Shown here piece by piece: positions 30,817 to 40,952 of a stretch of DNA of 64,000 bases. Both the position numbers and the translations under genes were made by a program. The number at the start of each line of letters is the position of its first letter. Within the stretch, counting starts at the first letter, position 1. A model generated the notes under the pieces. The model was not told the DNA's origin, made no database searches, and saw only the letters and a program-made list of their open reading frames with translations. This DNA is from an uncultured Chloroflexia bacterium (GTDB lineage: Bacteria > Chloroflexota > Limnocylindria > Limnocylindrales > CSP1-4), in the NCBI GenBank assembly GCA_963752475.1, contig CAVVYR010000001.1, forward strand, positions 197,934-261,933, given 5' to 3'.

Positions 30817-32040
30817 CTACTGCTGGAGGACCTTCTCAGTCCACCCCTTTTCGACCGCGGTGACGTAGTCCGCCACCAGCTCAGGATTGGCGTTGACCGA
30901 GCGGTCAGCCGCCGAGAGCACTGCCGGGTGCAGCGGGACCGCGGCGAACTCCGCCTCCAACTCGGTCAGCGCGGGGTCGATGATGGGGTCGGAACTCCAG
31001 CTATCCGGCTGCGCTCGTTCGAGCTGCGCCTCCGGCGAGAGGAGGATGTTGGCCACGGCCAGCGCACCAGCCTGGCTATTCGCGTTGTACGGGATAGCCA
31101 CGAAGTGCGTGTTGCTGATGGTGCCGTGGTCGAAGACGAACATCTTCGTGGTCTCGGGGTAGACGCCGTTGTCGACCAGCGGTCCGACCTCGGTGGGACC
31201 GTAGGTCATGGTCATGCTGATCTCACCGTTGGAGTAGAGGTTGTCCAGCTCCTCCTTGGACTGCGGGTAGGTCTGGCCCTCGCGCCACAGGTACGGCTCG
31301 ATACCGTTGAGGATCTCCCAGGTCTTCTCCGCGGCCGCATCGAACTTCTCCTGGTCGAACGGACCAAGCAGGTCCTCGTAGCCGCCGTTCGCGTGGTACA
31401 GGACATGGCGGACGAACACCGACCCGGTGAAGTCGGGCGGTGCCGAGTAGGTGAACTGGCCGGGATTGGCCTCGATCCACTCGAGTAGCTCGGCCATCGA
31501 GGACGGCGGCTCGGGGACCTTGGCCTCGTCGTAGACGAACACGAACTGCGCGCTGCCCCAGGGCGACTCACAACCGTCGACCGGGGTGCCGAAGTCGGTT
31601 TCGAGGCTCGCGGACTCCTGGATGTACTGGCGGTTGGGCAAGCTCGAAGCCCAGTCGCAGAGCAGCAGGTCTGCCTGCTTGGCAGTCCTGAAGTTCTCGC
31701 CGTTGATCCAGATCATGTCGACGGAGCCACCGTCGTCCTTGCCGGCCTGCTTCTCACCAAGCACCTTGTTGACGATGTCCGGGGCGTCGCCGGGGACACG
31801 ATTGAAGGTGATGCCGAGCTCCGCAGCCGCATCGGTCACGTAGCCGTCCATGTAGCCGTTGATGTTGTCGGCGCCGCTCCACATATGCATGTTGACGGTC
31901 TGGCCCTGAGCTTCGGCTAGGACCTCCTCCCACGAGGGGATGTGGCCGTCCGCCCCGACCGGCGCTGCGACAGCGGCGGCAAGGCTAAGACTCAGGACGC
32001 TGGCGACGCCCACTCGAAGCGTTCGATTACCCGTTGGCAC
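30817..32040 (-). CDS. ABC substrate-binding protein, YnjB-like
   Basis: signal peptide; GSVDMIWINGENF, ESPWGSAQFVF, PPDFTGSVF, GTISNTHFVAIPYN. Confidence 0.85.
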   Translation of the reverse strand: MPTGNRTLRVGVASVLSLSLAAAVAAPVGADGHIPSWEEVLAEAQGQTVNMHMWSGADNINGYMDGYVTDAAAELGITFNRVPGDAPDIVNKVLGEKQAGKDDGGSVDMIWINGENFRTAKQADLLLCDWASSLPNRQYIQESASLETDFGTPVDGCESPWGSAQFVFVYDEAKVPEPPSSMAELLEWIEANPGQFTYSAPPDFTGSVFVRHVLYHANGGYEDLLGPFDQEKFDAAAEKTWEILNGIEPYLWREGQTYPQSKEELDNLYSNGEISMTMTYGPTEVGPLVDNGVYPETTKMFVFDHGTISNTHFVAIPYNANSQAGALAVANILLSPEAQLERAQPDSWSSDPIIDPALTELEAEFAAVPLHPAVLSAADRSVNANPELVADYVTAVEKGWTEKVLQQ

Positions 32041-32085
32041 GATGTGACACCTCCCTTTGTCGGTGGGCCGGCCCCGCCGGCCTGG

Positions 32086-32865
32086 TCAAGCCTGGTTCCC
32101 GTCCTTCTCCATGGCGGCGAACGAGCGTCGCCAGATGACCGTGGAGTGCTGCGGGACCCCCCAAGTCGCTTCCTCGTAGACGATCGGGCTGCCGTTTCGG
32201 TCTCGCAGGAGACACGTGTTCCTGATGACCGGGCTGTGCTCCGGCAGCTCGAAGATCTGACGGACCTCCTCGTTGGCGATTACGGCGGTCGCCACCTCCT
32301 CTCCGTCCTCGAGTGGCACCGGGTGGTGCCGTTCGATGAGTCGGTACAGACTCTGGTCCAGGCCGTTCGTGGCCAGGTCGCTGCGCGAGACGTTCGGCAG
32401 CACAGATGCGGGGATGTAGACGTCTGACAGGAAGACCGGCGCATCGTCGACCGTGCGCAGGCGCTTGATGTGGACGAGTTCGGTGTCGGTGGCCAGTCCC
32501 AGCCGGCCCGCCACGACAGCAGGGCCGGGCTCTATGGCCATCGAAAGCAGCTGTGCGCCGGGCTCCCGACCTTCGCGCAGGACGACCGAGGTGAACGAGA
32601 GCAGGCACTGCGCACCGGCGCGAGCGGGATCGGAGACATAGGTGCCGGCACCCTGGCGGGTGACCACGAGGCCCTCCCGCTGAAGCTCGGCGATGGCGCG
32701 GCGGACGGTGATGCGGCTCATGGCGTGCTCAGCCATCAACTCTGCCTCGGACGGGAAGAGGTCACCCGGGCGATAGAAGCCGCGCTCGATACAATCCCGC
32801 AACTCGCCTCTGAGCTGCTCGTACAGCGGCGGTCGTGTGCTGGGTGCGACCAGCTGCTCCACCAT
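32086..32865 (-). CDS. GntR-family regulator (HutC subfamily, UTRA domain)
   Basis: PLYEQL, PSEAEL...SRITVRRAI...QGAGTYV, IKRLRTVDDAP, SLYRLIE. Confidence 0.92.
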   Translation of the reverse strand: MVEQLVAPSTRPPLYEQLRGELRDCIERGFYRPGDLFPSEAELMAEHAMSRITVRRAIAELQREGLVVTRQGAGTYVSDPARAGAQCLLSFTSVVLREGREPGAQLLSMAIEPGPAVVAGRLGLATDTELVHIKRLRTVDDAPVFLSDVYIPASVLPNVSRSDLATNGLDQSLYRLIERHHPVPLEDGEEVATAVIANEEVRQIFELPEHSPVIRNTCLLRDRNGSPIVYEEATWGVPQHSTVIWRRSFAAMEKDGNQA

Positions 32866-32872
32866 GCCGATA

Positions 32873-32882
32873 CGTTATAACG
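32873..32882. promoter_or_regulatory. perfect palindrome CGTTATAACG just upstream of gntR (candidate autoregulatory operator)
   Basis: AT-rich GT...AC-core palindrome in a GC-rich background; TTGCCA lies just upstream on the minus strand. Confidence 0.5.
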
Positions 32883-32910
32883 AGTGGCAAGCCCCGCGGA
32901 TCGGGCCGGC

Positions 32911-34005
32911 CTATGGCGCCTGATCGAGCTTGCGGTAGAAGTCGCGGAAGACCTCGTCTCGCTCGATGCCCACGGCCTCCCGCATGAGGTGGCGGCCAAG
33001 CGGGTGCTGCCAAAGCAGCTCCTCGTCGAGCACCGGTGACGGTGTGAGCTGCGATGGCACCCACTCGGGCTGCATCAGCCAGGCGAAGCAGATGAGATCC
33101 CAGATGACCCACGTGCGGTGGGCGGGGTCGGTGACTCCACGCTGCGCCCGGATCGGGTTGTGCACGTACAGGTGGTGCAGGTAGTCGCCGATACGACCGC
33201 GGCCTCGGACCCAGCGCTCCATGTCCGGGAGCGAGATCGTCAGCTGGGCCCCGATGTAGAAGCCCGGGAGGTAGACCAGCGGCACGCCGCTGTCGAAGAG
33301 CAGCCGCGATGCCGGCAGGTCTTGGACCAGGTTCAGCGAGGGCCGGCTCGAGAGCGGGCTCCACGACGGGTAGCTGGAGGTCCACACCACCACGATGCGC
33401 TCGATGATGCGCGGCTCCAATAGGATGGCCGAGGCGATGTTGGTGACTGCCCCGATGGCGGCCACGTAGAGCGGTCGGTCATCCTCGGCCATGGCCCGCT
33501 CGATGAGGTGCTCCACAGACTCGCTGCGTCGCGGCTCGTCTGGCGCGGGCAGATAGCCCGGGCTGCCGCGGAAGACCTGGCCACTGGGGTCGTGGTTCAA
33601 CAGCTCGTATACCTTGAGGGCCTCCTGGTAGCTGAGCTCCATGCCCTCGTCCGGTCCCGGGAACGGGACATCGTGTGGGTCGGTGCCCGCCGCGATCAGG
33701 TTGCGCGCCCAAGCGTGATAGCTGCCGACGATGGCGACCTCGGGCCCCTGACTCCGTTGGTCACGCTGGACCTCCCGGTACGCCTCCAGGAGAGGCTCGC
33801 GGTGGTGGGCGAACGAGAAGGGCTCGATGAGCGTGCCCTCGATCTCGAAGGCCTCCGGCGAGAGGAGCGCCCAGGCCAGGGCGAACTGGTCGTCGATCTC
33901 ATTGGCTGCATCGGTGTCGATGATGAGTCGCACCGGTCCGCTCGGCGGCTCCAGCAACCGCTCCAGGCGAGTCGGCGACAGCACCGGGAAGGCAGGTCCG
34001 TTCAT
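32911..34005 (-). CDS. nucleoside hydrolase family protein
   Basis: IDTDAANEIDDQFAL, AIGAVTNIASA, NLVQD, VIWD. Confidence 0.85.
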   Translation of the reverse strand: MNGPAFPVLSPTRLERLLEPPSGPVRLIIDTDAANEIDDQFALAWALLSPEAFEIEGTLIEPFSFAHHREPLLEAYREVQRDQRSQGPEVAIVGSYHAWARNLIAAGTDPHDVPFPGPDEGMELSYQEALKVYELLNHDPSGQVFRGSPGYLPAPDEPRRSESVEHLIERAMAEDDRPLYVAAIGAVTNIASAILLEPRIIERIVVVWTSSYPSWSPLSSRPSLNLVQDLPASRLLFDSGVPLVYLPGFYIGAQLTISLPDMERWVRGRGRIGDYLHHLYVHNPIRAQRGVTDPAHRTWVIWDLICFAWLMQPEWVPSQLTPSPVLDEELLWQHPLGRHLMREAVGIERDEVFRDFYRKLDQAP

Positions 34006-34162
34006 CGTCCTCCTCCGTGACCGAGGGCGCCGCAGTCACGGCGCCGATTGATGATGCTCCACGCCGGCACCCGCGATCGCGGGCGTGCCGGTCGAGTGGT
34101 CAAGGCACTGTACCTGCCGCTAGGCTCCGAGCGTACTCTTCAGCCAGCAGCGAGGGAGAGCC

Positions 34163-35050
34163 ATGGGCGAGCGGATCGGGCTGGTCGGCTTCGGCGTCAT
34201 GGGCGCAGCAATGGCCGCCCGCTTCGTCGATGCCGACTACCAGGTGGTGGTGGTCGACTCCGCGGCGACAGCACGCGAGCGGGCGCTCGACCTCGGCTGC
34301 GAGATCGTGGACTCCCCGGCCGCGGTCGGCGCAGCCGTCGAGGTGGTTCTGATCTCGCTGCCCCGGGCGGAGCATGTGACCAGCGTCGTTCGAGGCCCGG
34401 ACGGGTTGTTGAGCACCGCTGCGGCCGGGAGCGTGATCGTCGACACGAGCACCATCGACGCCGCTACGACCATCGCCAACGCGACCGCAGCAACCACGCG
34501 CAGCGTCGGGTACCTCGACGCGCCGGTGCTCGGGCGCCCTCGCAACATCGGCAACTGGACCCTGCCGGTCGGCGGCGAGACGACCGGCCTCCGCCGAGCC
34601 GAACCGGTACTGCGGATCGTGGCCTCGCGCGTCGTGCACATGGGGCCGGCCGGCGCGGGTAACACCGTCAAGCTACTCAACAACCTCATGTTCGGCGCCA
34701 TCAACGCCGCCACCTGCGAGACGTTCGCGCTGGCGGAGCGGCTGGGTGTGGACCGACAGCTGCTCTTCGACACCATCGTGGAGAGTGGCGCGGCGACCGT
34801 GAGCAACCTCTTCCGCGAGCTCGGCCCCAAGATCATCGAGGGCGACTTCGCGCCCGACTTCAGCGTCGACAATCTGGCCAAGGACATCGACCAGGGACTG
34901 GCCCTGGCGCGTTCGGTCGGCCTCACGCTCGATGTCGGCGAGGCCGGCCAAGCGCTGAACCGGCGAGCCCAGGAGGCGGGTCTCGGGAGCGAGGACACTG
35001 CCGCGGTGGTCGAGGTGGCCGGGGCAGCCAACCAGGAGGATGGTCGATGA
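34163..35050 (+). CDS. beta-hydroxyacid dehydrogenase (3-hydroxyisobutyrate/tartronate-semialdehyde reductase family)
   Basis: GLVGFGVMG, DTST, LDAPVLG, GNTVKLLNN, KDI. Confidence 0.9.
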   Translation: MGERIGLVGFGVMGAAMAARFVDADYQVVVVDSAATARERALDLGCEIVDSPAAVGAAVEVVLISLPRAEHVTSVVRGPDGLLSTAAAGSVIVDTSTIDAATTIANATAATTRSVGYLDAPVLGRPRNIGNWTLPVGGETTGLRRAEPVLRIVASRVVHMGPAGAGNTVKLLNNLMFGAINAATCETFALAERLGVDRQLLFDTIVESGAATVSNLFRELGPKIIEGDFAPDFSVDNLAKDIDQGLALARSVGLTLDVGEAGQALNRRAQEAGLGSEDTAAVVEVAGAANQEDGR

Positions 35051-36483
35051 GGTCGATCGAGCTCGACTACGGCACGAAGCGCATGCCGGTGGAACTGCCG
35101 GACAGCGCCGTCGTGGTGCGATACGGCAAGACGTATGCCGACCCACCGAGCGTGGACCCCGTGGCGGCCACGCGCGCGGCGCTCGATGCGCCCCTGGGCT
35201 TGCCGCCCCTCACCGAGCTGGCCGGCCCCGGTCGTACGGCGGTCATCGTCTTTCCCGACCGCGTGAAGGGTGGGGCTCATCCCCTGGCCCATCGCCGCGT
35301 GTCCATCCCGGCCGTCGTGGATGACCTGCTCCGGGGTGGCTGCCGGATCGAGGACATCTCTCTGCTGTGTGCCCAGGGCCTGCATCGGCGAAACACGCGC
35401 GAGGAGTGGCTGGAGTACCTGGGCCCGCAGATCGTGGACCGCTTCTGGCCCGACCGCATCAGCAACCACGACGCCGAAGGCGACCGACTCCTTGACCTTG
35501 GCCACGACGGCATGGGCAATGCAGTCCAGACCCACCGGGCGATCCTCGACGCCGACATCGCGGTGCTCATCGGGCACTGCGCAGCGAATCCCTACGGCGG
35601 CTTCAGCGGCGGGTACAAGATGCTCGTCACCGGTCTCGCGGGACGCGCCTCGATCGCGAGCCATCACAACCCAGACACGATGCATCGGCATGATTGGCTC
35701 GGAGGGGCCGTCGACTCACACATGCGTCACCAGTTCCAGTCCATCGGTGAAGCCATCGAGGAGGGCATCGGCAAGCGGGTCTTCGCGGTCGATGCGGTGC
35801 TTGGGCAGTTCGGCGAGGTCCTCGACGTCCAGGCGGGCACGATCGCGGAGGTCGAGCGCGCCACGTGGCCGCTGGCGAAGCGCCGCGCCGAGGTGGTGAT
35901 CGACGAACTCGAGCAACCCGCGGACATCCTGATCGTGGGGCTGCCGCGCGACTTCCACTATGGACCTGGCATGGGTACCAACCCGATCCTCATGAGCCTG
36001 GCGATCGGAGCCCAGTACTCGCGCGCCGCGAGGGCGTTGCGACCCGATCCGGTCATCATCGCGGCCGCCGTGTGCGATGGCTGGTTCAATGCCGACTGGT
36101 TCCCCTCGTACGAAGAGTCGTACGAGGCGCTCCAGGACTACGACACGGCGCCCGACTTCCTCGCGTCGGAGGACGCCGGGCGGATCTCGACCGATCCGAC
36201 CTACTGCGCCAGCTACTCCAGCGGCTACACCTACCACCCCTTCCACGCCATGTCGATGATCTCGGGCGGAGCCGTCCCGCTGCGATGGTGCTCGCAGGTC
36301 TATGTGGTGGGTGCGGAGCAGCCACGCTATGCCCGCGGCATGGGCTTCCGGACGCTGCGCACGGTGGCCGGTGCGCTCACGGATGCCGAGCGCTACGTCG
36401 GATCGCGCCCGCGCATCCTGGCCACGCCAGAGTGCTACTCCGGCGGCATGGCGGTGAACCTCATCGCCACGGGAGCGTACTGA
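35047..36483 (+). CDS. LarA-superfamily (lactate racemase domain, DUF2088) protein
   Basis: ALDAPLGLPPL, AQGLHRR, NHDAE, GGFSGGYK, IASHH. Confidence 0.8.
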   Translation: MRSIELDYGTKRMPVELPDSAVVVRYGKTYADPPSVDPVAATRAALDAPLGLPPLTELAGPGRTAVIVFPDRVKGGAHPLAHRRVSIPAVVDDLLRGGCRIEDISLLCAQGLHRRNTREEWLEYLGPQIVDRFWPDRISNHDAEGDRLLDLGHDGMGNAVQTHRAILDADIAVLIGHCAANPYGGFSGGYKMLVTGLAGRASIASHHNPDTMHRHDWLGGAVDSHMRHQFQSIGEAIEEGIGKRVFAVDAVLGQFGEVLDVQAGTIAEVERATWPLAKRRAEVVIDELEQPADILIVGLPRDFHYGPGMGTNPILMSLAIGAQYSRAARALRPDPVIIAAAVCDGWFNADWFPSYEESYEALQDYDTAPDFLASEDAGRISTDPTYCASYSSGYTYHPFHAMSMISGGAVPLRWCSQVYVVGAEQPRYARGMGFRTLRTVAGALTDAERYVGSRPRILATPECYSGGMAVNLIATGAY

Positions 36484-36517
36484 TAGCTGATGGTGCCGAG
36501 AGGATGAAGGAGTGAGG

Positions 36518-37093
36518 ATGTCGAACGCAGCACACCGACCCGCGCACGCGATCTGGAGCATCCCGCCCGCCTGGCCCACCACCCGCAGCACCAGCGGCTT
36601 CCGGATGGCACCGACCACCGCCGTGTCGCGGGTCCTCGGTGTCGGGATCCTGGCGGCCATCGCGGCACCGTGGCTCATCCACCTGATCCCCGGAACCAGC
36701 GCCTCGCTTGGTCCGACCCTGTTGCCCATCTTCTACGCGCCGATGTTGGCGGCCCTGATGCTCAGGCTGCCCCTGGCTGTCGCCGTCAGCGTCGTCGCAC
36801 CGATCGTCGGCCAGTACCTGACAGGGATGCCCCCGCATGCGATCCTCCCGGGCCTGATGCTGCAGGTCGCCTGCTTCGTGGTGGCACTCCGAGTCCTGCG
36901 GGCCCTGCCCTGGGTGGTGGCGGTCCCGGTGGCCTACGTCGTCGGTCTCGTATCGGCCGCGGTCATGACGCGGGTCGTCGGCGCCGCACCGATCGATGTC
37001 ATGGGCACCATCGAGGTCGCATGGCTCGGTATCGCGGTCCTCACGGGGCTCGGCCTGCTGGCAGGCCGGCTGCTGCGCGGCACCACGCAGTGA
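36518..37093 (+). CDS. small integral membrane protein (ECF S-component-like)
   Basis: 5-6 hydrophobic helices; LGPTLLPIF...APIV...LTGMPP pattern. Confidence 0.55.
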   Translation: MSNAAHRPAHAIWSIPPAWPTTRSTSGFRMAPTTAVSRVLGVGILAAIAAPWLIHLIPGTSASLGPTLLPIFYAPMLAALMLRLPLAVAVSVVAPIVGQYLTGMPPHAILPGLMLQVACFVVALRVLRALPWVVAVPVAYVVGLVSAAVMTRVVGAAPIDVMGTIEVAWLGIAVLTGLGLLAGRLLRGTTQ

Positions 37094-37539
37094 AGCCACG
37101 CGTGACGCTGGCTGAGGTGGAGCGTCGTCTTGGCGCGATCGCCTTCCCGCCGGTCGACGCGGTGATCGCGGTCGAACGGGGCGGCCGGGTCCCCGGCGAG
37201 CTGATCGCAGATTTGCTCGAGCGGCCCATCGGATTCCTGCGGCTCGCCTACCGTGACGACTCAAACGCGGTGCGACATCCAGCGCCGCTGGTCCTGCATC
37301 GAACAACGATCCCGTGCGCGGCCGGCGGTCGCATCATCCTCGTCGACGACGTCAGCGCCAGCGGGTCGACGCTTCAGCGAGCCACGCGAGAGCTTCCTGG
37401 CTTCGAGGTCACGACATTCGTGCTCAAGGGTACGGCTGACATCGTGGCGTTTCCTGAGCTGGACACCTGTGTCACCTGGCCATGGACGCCCCTAGCGTCC
37501 ACCACAGGTGCCATGCCGGCGGATGTTGACGTCGGCTGA
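37090..37539 (+). CDS. type I phosphoribosyltransferase
   Basis: AVERGG, IILVDDVSASGSTL PRPP-binding motif, C-terminal WPW. Confidence 0.85.
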   Translation: MKPRVTLAEVERRLGAIAFPPVDAVIAVERGGRVPGELIADLLERPIGFLRLAYRDDSNAVRHPAPLVLHRTTIPCAAGGRIILVDDVSASGSTLQRATRELPGFEVTTFVLKGTADIVAFPELDTCVTWPWTPLASTTGAMPADVDVG

Positions 37540-37816
37540 CCCTTCGAGCACGCGGTCCATGCCGGAGCCACACCGCCGACGTCGGGGATGAGCGAGCCGA
37601 TGAGCAGGAGGCACCGGCTACACCAGGGGAATGGCAGCTCGGCTGTAGGCTCCCCGATGTAGGCATAGGTCAGACCTGCCGCCCTCAGGACCTGCGTGTA
37701 GCGCGGCTCGGCCTCATCGCGCCGGCCGCGTCCGGCGCGATGCATCGCGGGCTGTGGGAGGCGGTGTCCCGGAAGTGCACGCTCGCTACTTTGGCGCGGC
37801 GCACCGACCCACGCTC

Positions 37817-38615
37817 CTACGGGAAGAGGGGCTCCTGCCAGGCGGGGCGGTCGGGAGCCTCGCCCTTGCGCAGCATCTCCCACCACTGCTCGTCGGTGAG
37901 CCGACCTTCCGACGTCGGCCGCGCGAACTCGTAGTAGGAGTCGACCCCGCCGGTGGCAACGTGGAACTCCCCCTCGTCGTCGGGCACGAGCACGAAGATC
38001 CGATCGATGCGGCCCGTGCCGATCTCGAGCACCTCGTCGGTGTCCTTGATCAGGTCGATGCCGCGACCGATGTCGGCGATGATGGCCGCGTCGTCGTCAC
38101 GGATGGGCCTTGGCGTGTCCACCTTGTCGCCCGTGCGCCACCAGAAGCCCTCGAGCTCGCCGCCGATCGAGCGGAGCCACTCGTTGTCCGCCTCCCACCG
38201 CTTCTTGCCCTGGCCCATCTCGATGGGCTCCCCGGCGAGCTCGTCAGCCGCGAGGATCTCGAGGCGGTCCACGAACTCGATGAAGTCATCCAGCAGCGTG
38301 CGGACCTCCTTGGTCAGCGGGCTTCGACCGGCCAGGCCGTCGCGGGTGAGCGCGGCCATCGCTGACAGGCGCGCAAAGGCCACCGGATCGGGCTCCACCC
38401 AGTTGCGCACTCGCTGCAGCTCGGGCACGGTGCTGCCCATCTCTCCCACGAACTGCTTGGTGTAGAGGACGGTGTCGTGCTTCAGCTCGGCATAGGAACC
38501 GAACCCGGTCTGCTGCGACTTGGCCTTCCAGGCATCGGACTGCATGAAGTCGGCGCCGGGCAGGACGGTCTCGACAGCTGCAGCCAGCTCGATGGGCGTG
38601 TAGTCGTCCGGCGAT
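37817..38615 (-). pseudogene. DUF3160-like protein, C-terminal portion only
   Basis: GSYAELKHDTVLYTKQ, WVEPDP, AAIIADI, VLEIGTG, GGVDSYYEF, RLTDEQW; no start or signal region. Confidence 0.7.
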
Positions 38616-38867
38616 GGCCCTGGGCGTCCCTGTCGTGACGCAGGACGACGGCTTCCCGAGGCTCGCGGAGCTGGATGTCGTCCACGTCTAGGCGCAGCTC
38701 GCTGATGGCCCTCCAGCAAGAAGACCACTGGCAAGATGACGGGCAAGGCCGATGCAGGCGGCCGGACGTGCCGGTTCAGCGAGTCCGAGTGAGCGACGCT
38801 TCGTCGGTGACTGGACCAGGCTCGCTATCGTTGGCACTCGGTCTACCGTTGCGAGAAGGAGTCGATC

Positions 38868-39434
38868 ATGTCCCATCGTCCACGCTGGAGGAGCGTTGCC
38901 CTGGCAGCCGCGCTGGCGGTGAGCCTGCCGCTCGCCGTGGCGGCACAGGATGCGTCCACCGACGACTCGTCCGACCAAGCTCCGCCGATCGAGGGCCTGG
39001 GTTGGTACACCTCCATCGACGTGGCTGGCACGGAGATCGAGTCTGCGTTCACCCGAGGCGAAGTCGAGCAGTGGACCGCGACGCTCGATGTCGCCGGCGC
39101 CACTGTCGAGGACCTCGAGTACACCTATCAGCGGATCATCGACCCCGAGACGCTTCCACAGCTCGGTGGACTCGCCACCGTCCGCATCGCTGGAGCACCC
39201 GAGGACGCGGTGCTTGCCGCAGTGCTCGCCGACGTCTCGGCGCAGGCGGTCGCACTCGGTGCAGAGCCTACGACCTCCGAACCGGTCACCCTGGGCGACA
39301 AGGACGTCGTGAGGATCGACCTCCCCGAAGAGCTCGGCCCTGACGATGCGTTCGTCTACGTGCGCGGCGACACGGCGTGGCTTTTCATCATGCAGGAATC
39401 GCTCGCCGAACTGGGCCTGCAGGAGTTGCCGTAG
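38868..39434 (+). CDS. hypothetical secreted protein
   Basis: AAGGAG RBS, signal peptide (…AVAAQD), acidic mature part. Confidence 0.75.
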   Translation: MSHRPRWRSVALAAALAVSLPLAVAAQDASTDDSSDQAPPIEGLGWYTSIDVAGTEIESAFTRGEVEQWTATLDVAGATVEDLEYTYQRIIDPETLPQLGGLATVRIAGAPEDAVLAAVLADVSAQAVALGAEPTTSEPVTLGDKDVVRIDLPEELGPDDAFVYVRGDTAWLFIMQESLAELGLQELP

Positions 39435-40927
39435 CCACGCGCATCCACCCGTACCTCTTCGGCGTCGTCGCTTTCGTCTCCGCGTTGGCCGGCGCCTCGA
39501 CCGCGGCTGCGGCCGAACTCGAGTGGCGGCCGTGCCCGGATCGACCGGGCGTGGAGTGCGCGTCGCTGGACGTGCCCCTCGACCGCGGGGATGTTTCGAG
39601 TCGATCGGTCTCCCTGCCGGTCCGTCGCCTGCCCGCAAGCGACCCCGAGCAACGACTGGGCGTGCTCATCACCATCGCGGGCGGTCCCGGCCAGCGCGGG
39701 ACGGACTGGGTGGCACCGGAGGTCCACGCTCCCTCGATCGCATCCCGCTTCGACATCGTGAGCTTCGACCCGCGTGGAACGTCGGGAGACACGGCCATCA
39801 CTTGCATCCCCCAGTGGGATCCGTACGGCGACCTCGACCGCACACCAGACGACGCAGCGGAGCGCGGAGCGCTCGATGAGCGGATCCGGGAGCTGGCGGC
39901 CGGATGTCAGGAGGCACACGAATCGCTGCTTCCCCACCTCGGAACCGCCGATACCGTGCTCGACATCGAGGCGCTACGCCAGGCACTGGGCGAGGCGCAG
40001 GTGAGCTTGCTCGGCTCGTCCTACGGGTCCGAGGTCGCACTGCGCTACGCGAGCGCCTTCCCCGAGCACACCCGGTCGGTCGTGCTCGACGGCTACAGCG
40101 ACCCCAACCTGGCGCCGCCCGCACACGAGCTCGAACAGGCCGCCGCCTTCGAACGAGAGCTCGACGAACTGCTGGTCGAGTGCGCGCTCCGCGATGACTG
40201 CCCGCTGGAAGGTCCCGACCCTGGCATGACCCTCGACGGCCTGATCGAGACGCTGGACGGATCGCCGCTGGCAGCGAGGCACGGGCGCACCTTGCGGCAG
40301 GCGGACGCCTACGAGGCCATCACCGGGGCGCTCGTGCGTGGGCCGAGCGAGCGCGAACGGCTGCTCCACGCCATCGCCGCCGCGACCGACGGGGATGGCC
40401 ACATGCTGCTCGGGATGGCCGACGAGTTCCGCGCTGACTTCGAGGCCAGCGGGCTTGACCTTGGCACCTACATGGCCATCGTCTGTGCCGATGACGGCGC
40501 TGCCTGGGCATCGCTCACCGATGAGGACCTGGAGTCGCTGACAGAGCACGTGCAGGATGCGGCCCCGCGCCTGGGCGCCTGGCTCTGGTCACCGACAGTG
40601 GCTGATGGCCTGCCGCCGATCGGGCTATGCGCGATGGCGCCTGAAGCAGCTCCCCCCGTGGCGGGCCATTTCGATGGCGCGGGTGCCGGACCGATCCTCG
40701 TTCTCGCCGCATCCGGCGATCCGACGACGCCCCTTTCCGCTGCGCTTCGCGCGCTCGAGGATCTCGACGACGCCTCGCTCCTGACGATACGAGCGGACCG
40801 CCATCTGGTCTATCCCCTGGCCGTCGCCGCCCCTGGCTCGACGAGCGGCCGCTGTGTGCTGAGGGCGATCGAGGACCATCTGTTCGAAGGTACGAGCGCG
40901 GCGCAGATCCAGTGCCCACGAGCGTGA
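39377..40927 (+). CDS. secreted alpha/beta hydrolase (TAP-like peptidase); start uncertain
   Basis: ECASLDVPLD, GGPG, FDPRG, GSSYG nucleophile elbow, GDPTTP. Confidence 0.85.
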   Translation: MAFHHAGIARRTGPAGVAVATRIHPYLFGVVAFVSALAGASTAAAAELEWRPCPDRPGVECASLDVPLDRGDVSSRSVSLPVRRLPASDPEQRLGVLITIAGGPGQRGTDWVAPEVHAPSIASRFDIVSFDPRGTSGDTAITCIPQWDPYGDLDRTPDDAAERGALDERIRELAAGCQEAHESLLPHLGTADTVLDIEALRQALGEAQVSLLGSSYGSEVALRYASAFPEHTRSVVLDGYSDPNLAPPAHELEQAAAFERELDELLVECALRDDCPLEGPDPGMTLDGLIETLDGSPLAARHGRTLRQADAYEAITGALVRGPSERERLLHAIAAATDGDGHMLLGMADEFRADFEASGLDLGTYMAIVCADDGAAWASLTDEDLESLTEHVQDAAPRLGAWLWSPTVADGLPPIGLCAMAPEAAPPVAGHFDGAGAGPILVLAASGDPTTPLSAALRALEDLDDASLLTIRADRHLVYPLAVAAPGSTSGRCVLRAIEDHLFEGTSAAQIQCPRA

Positions 40928-40952
40928 GCAGCCAGACGACGGGGACCACGGT

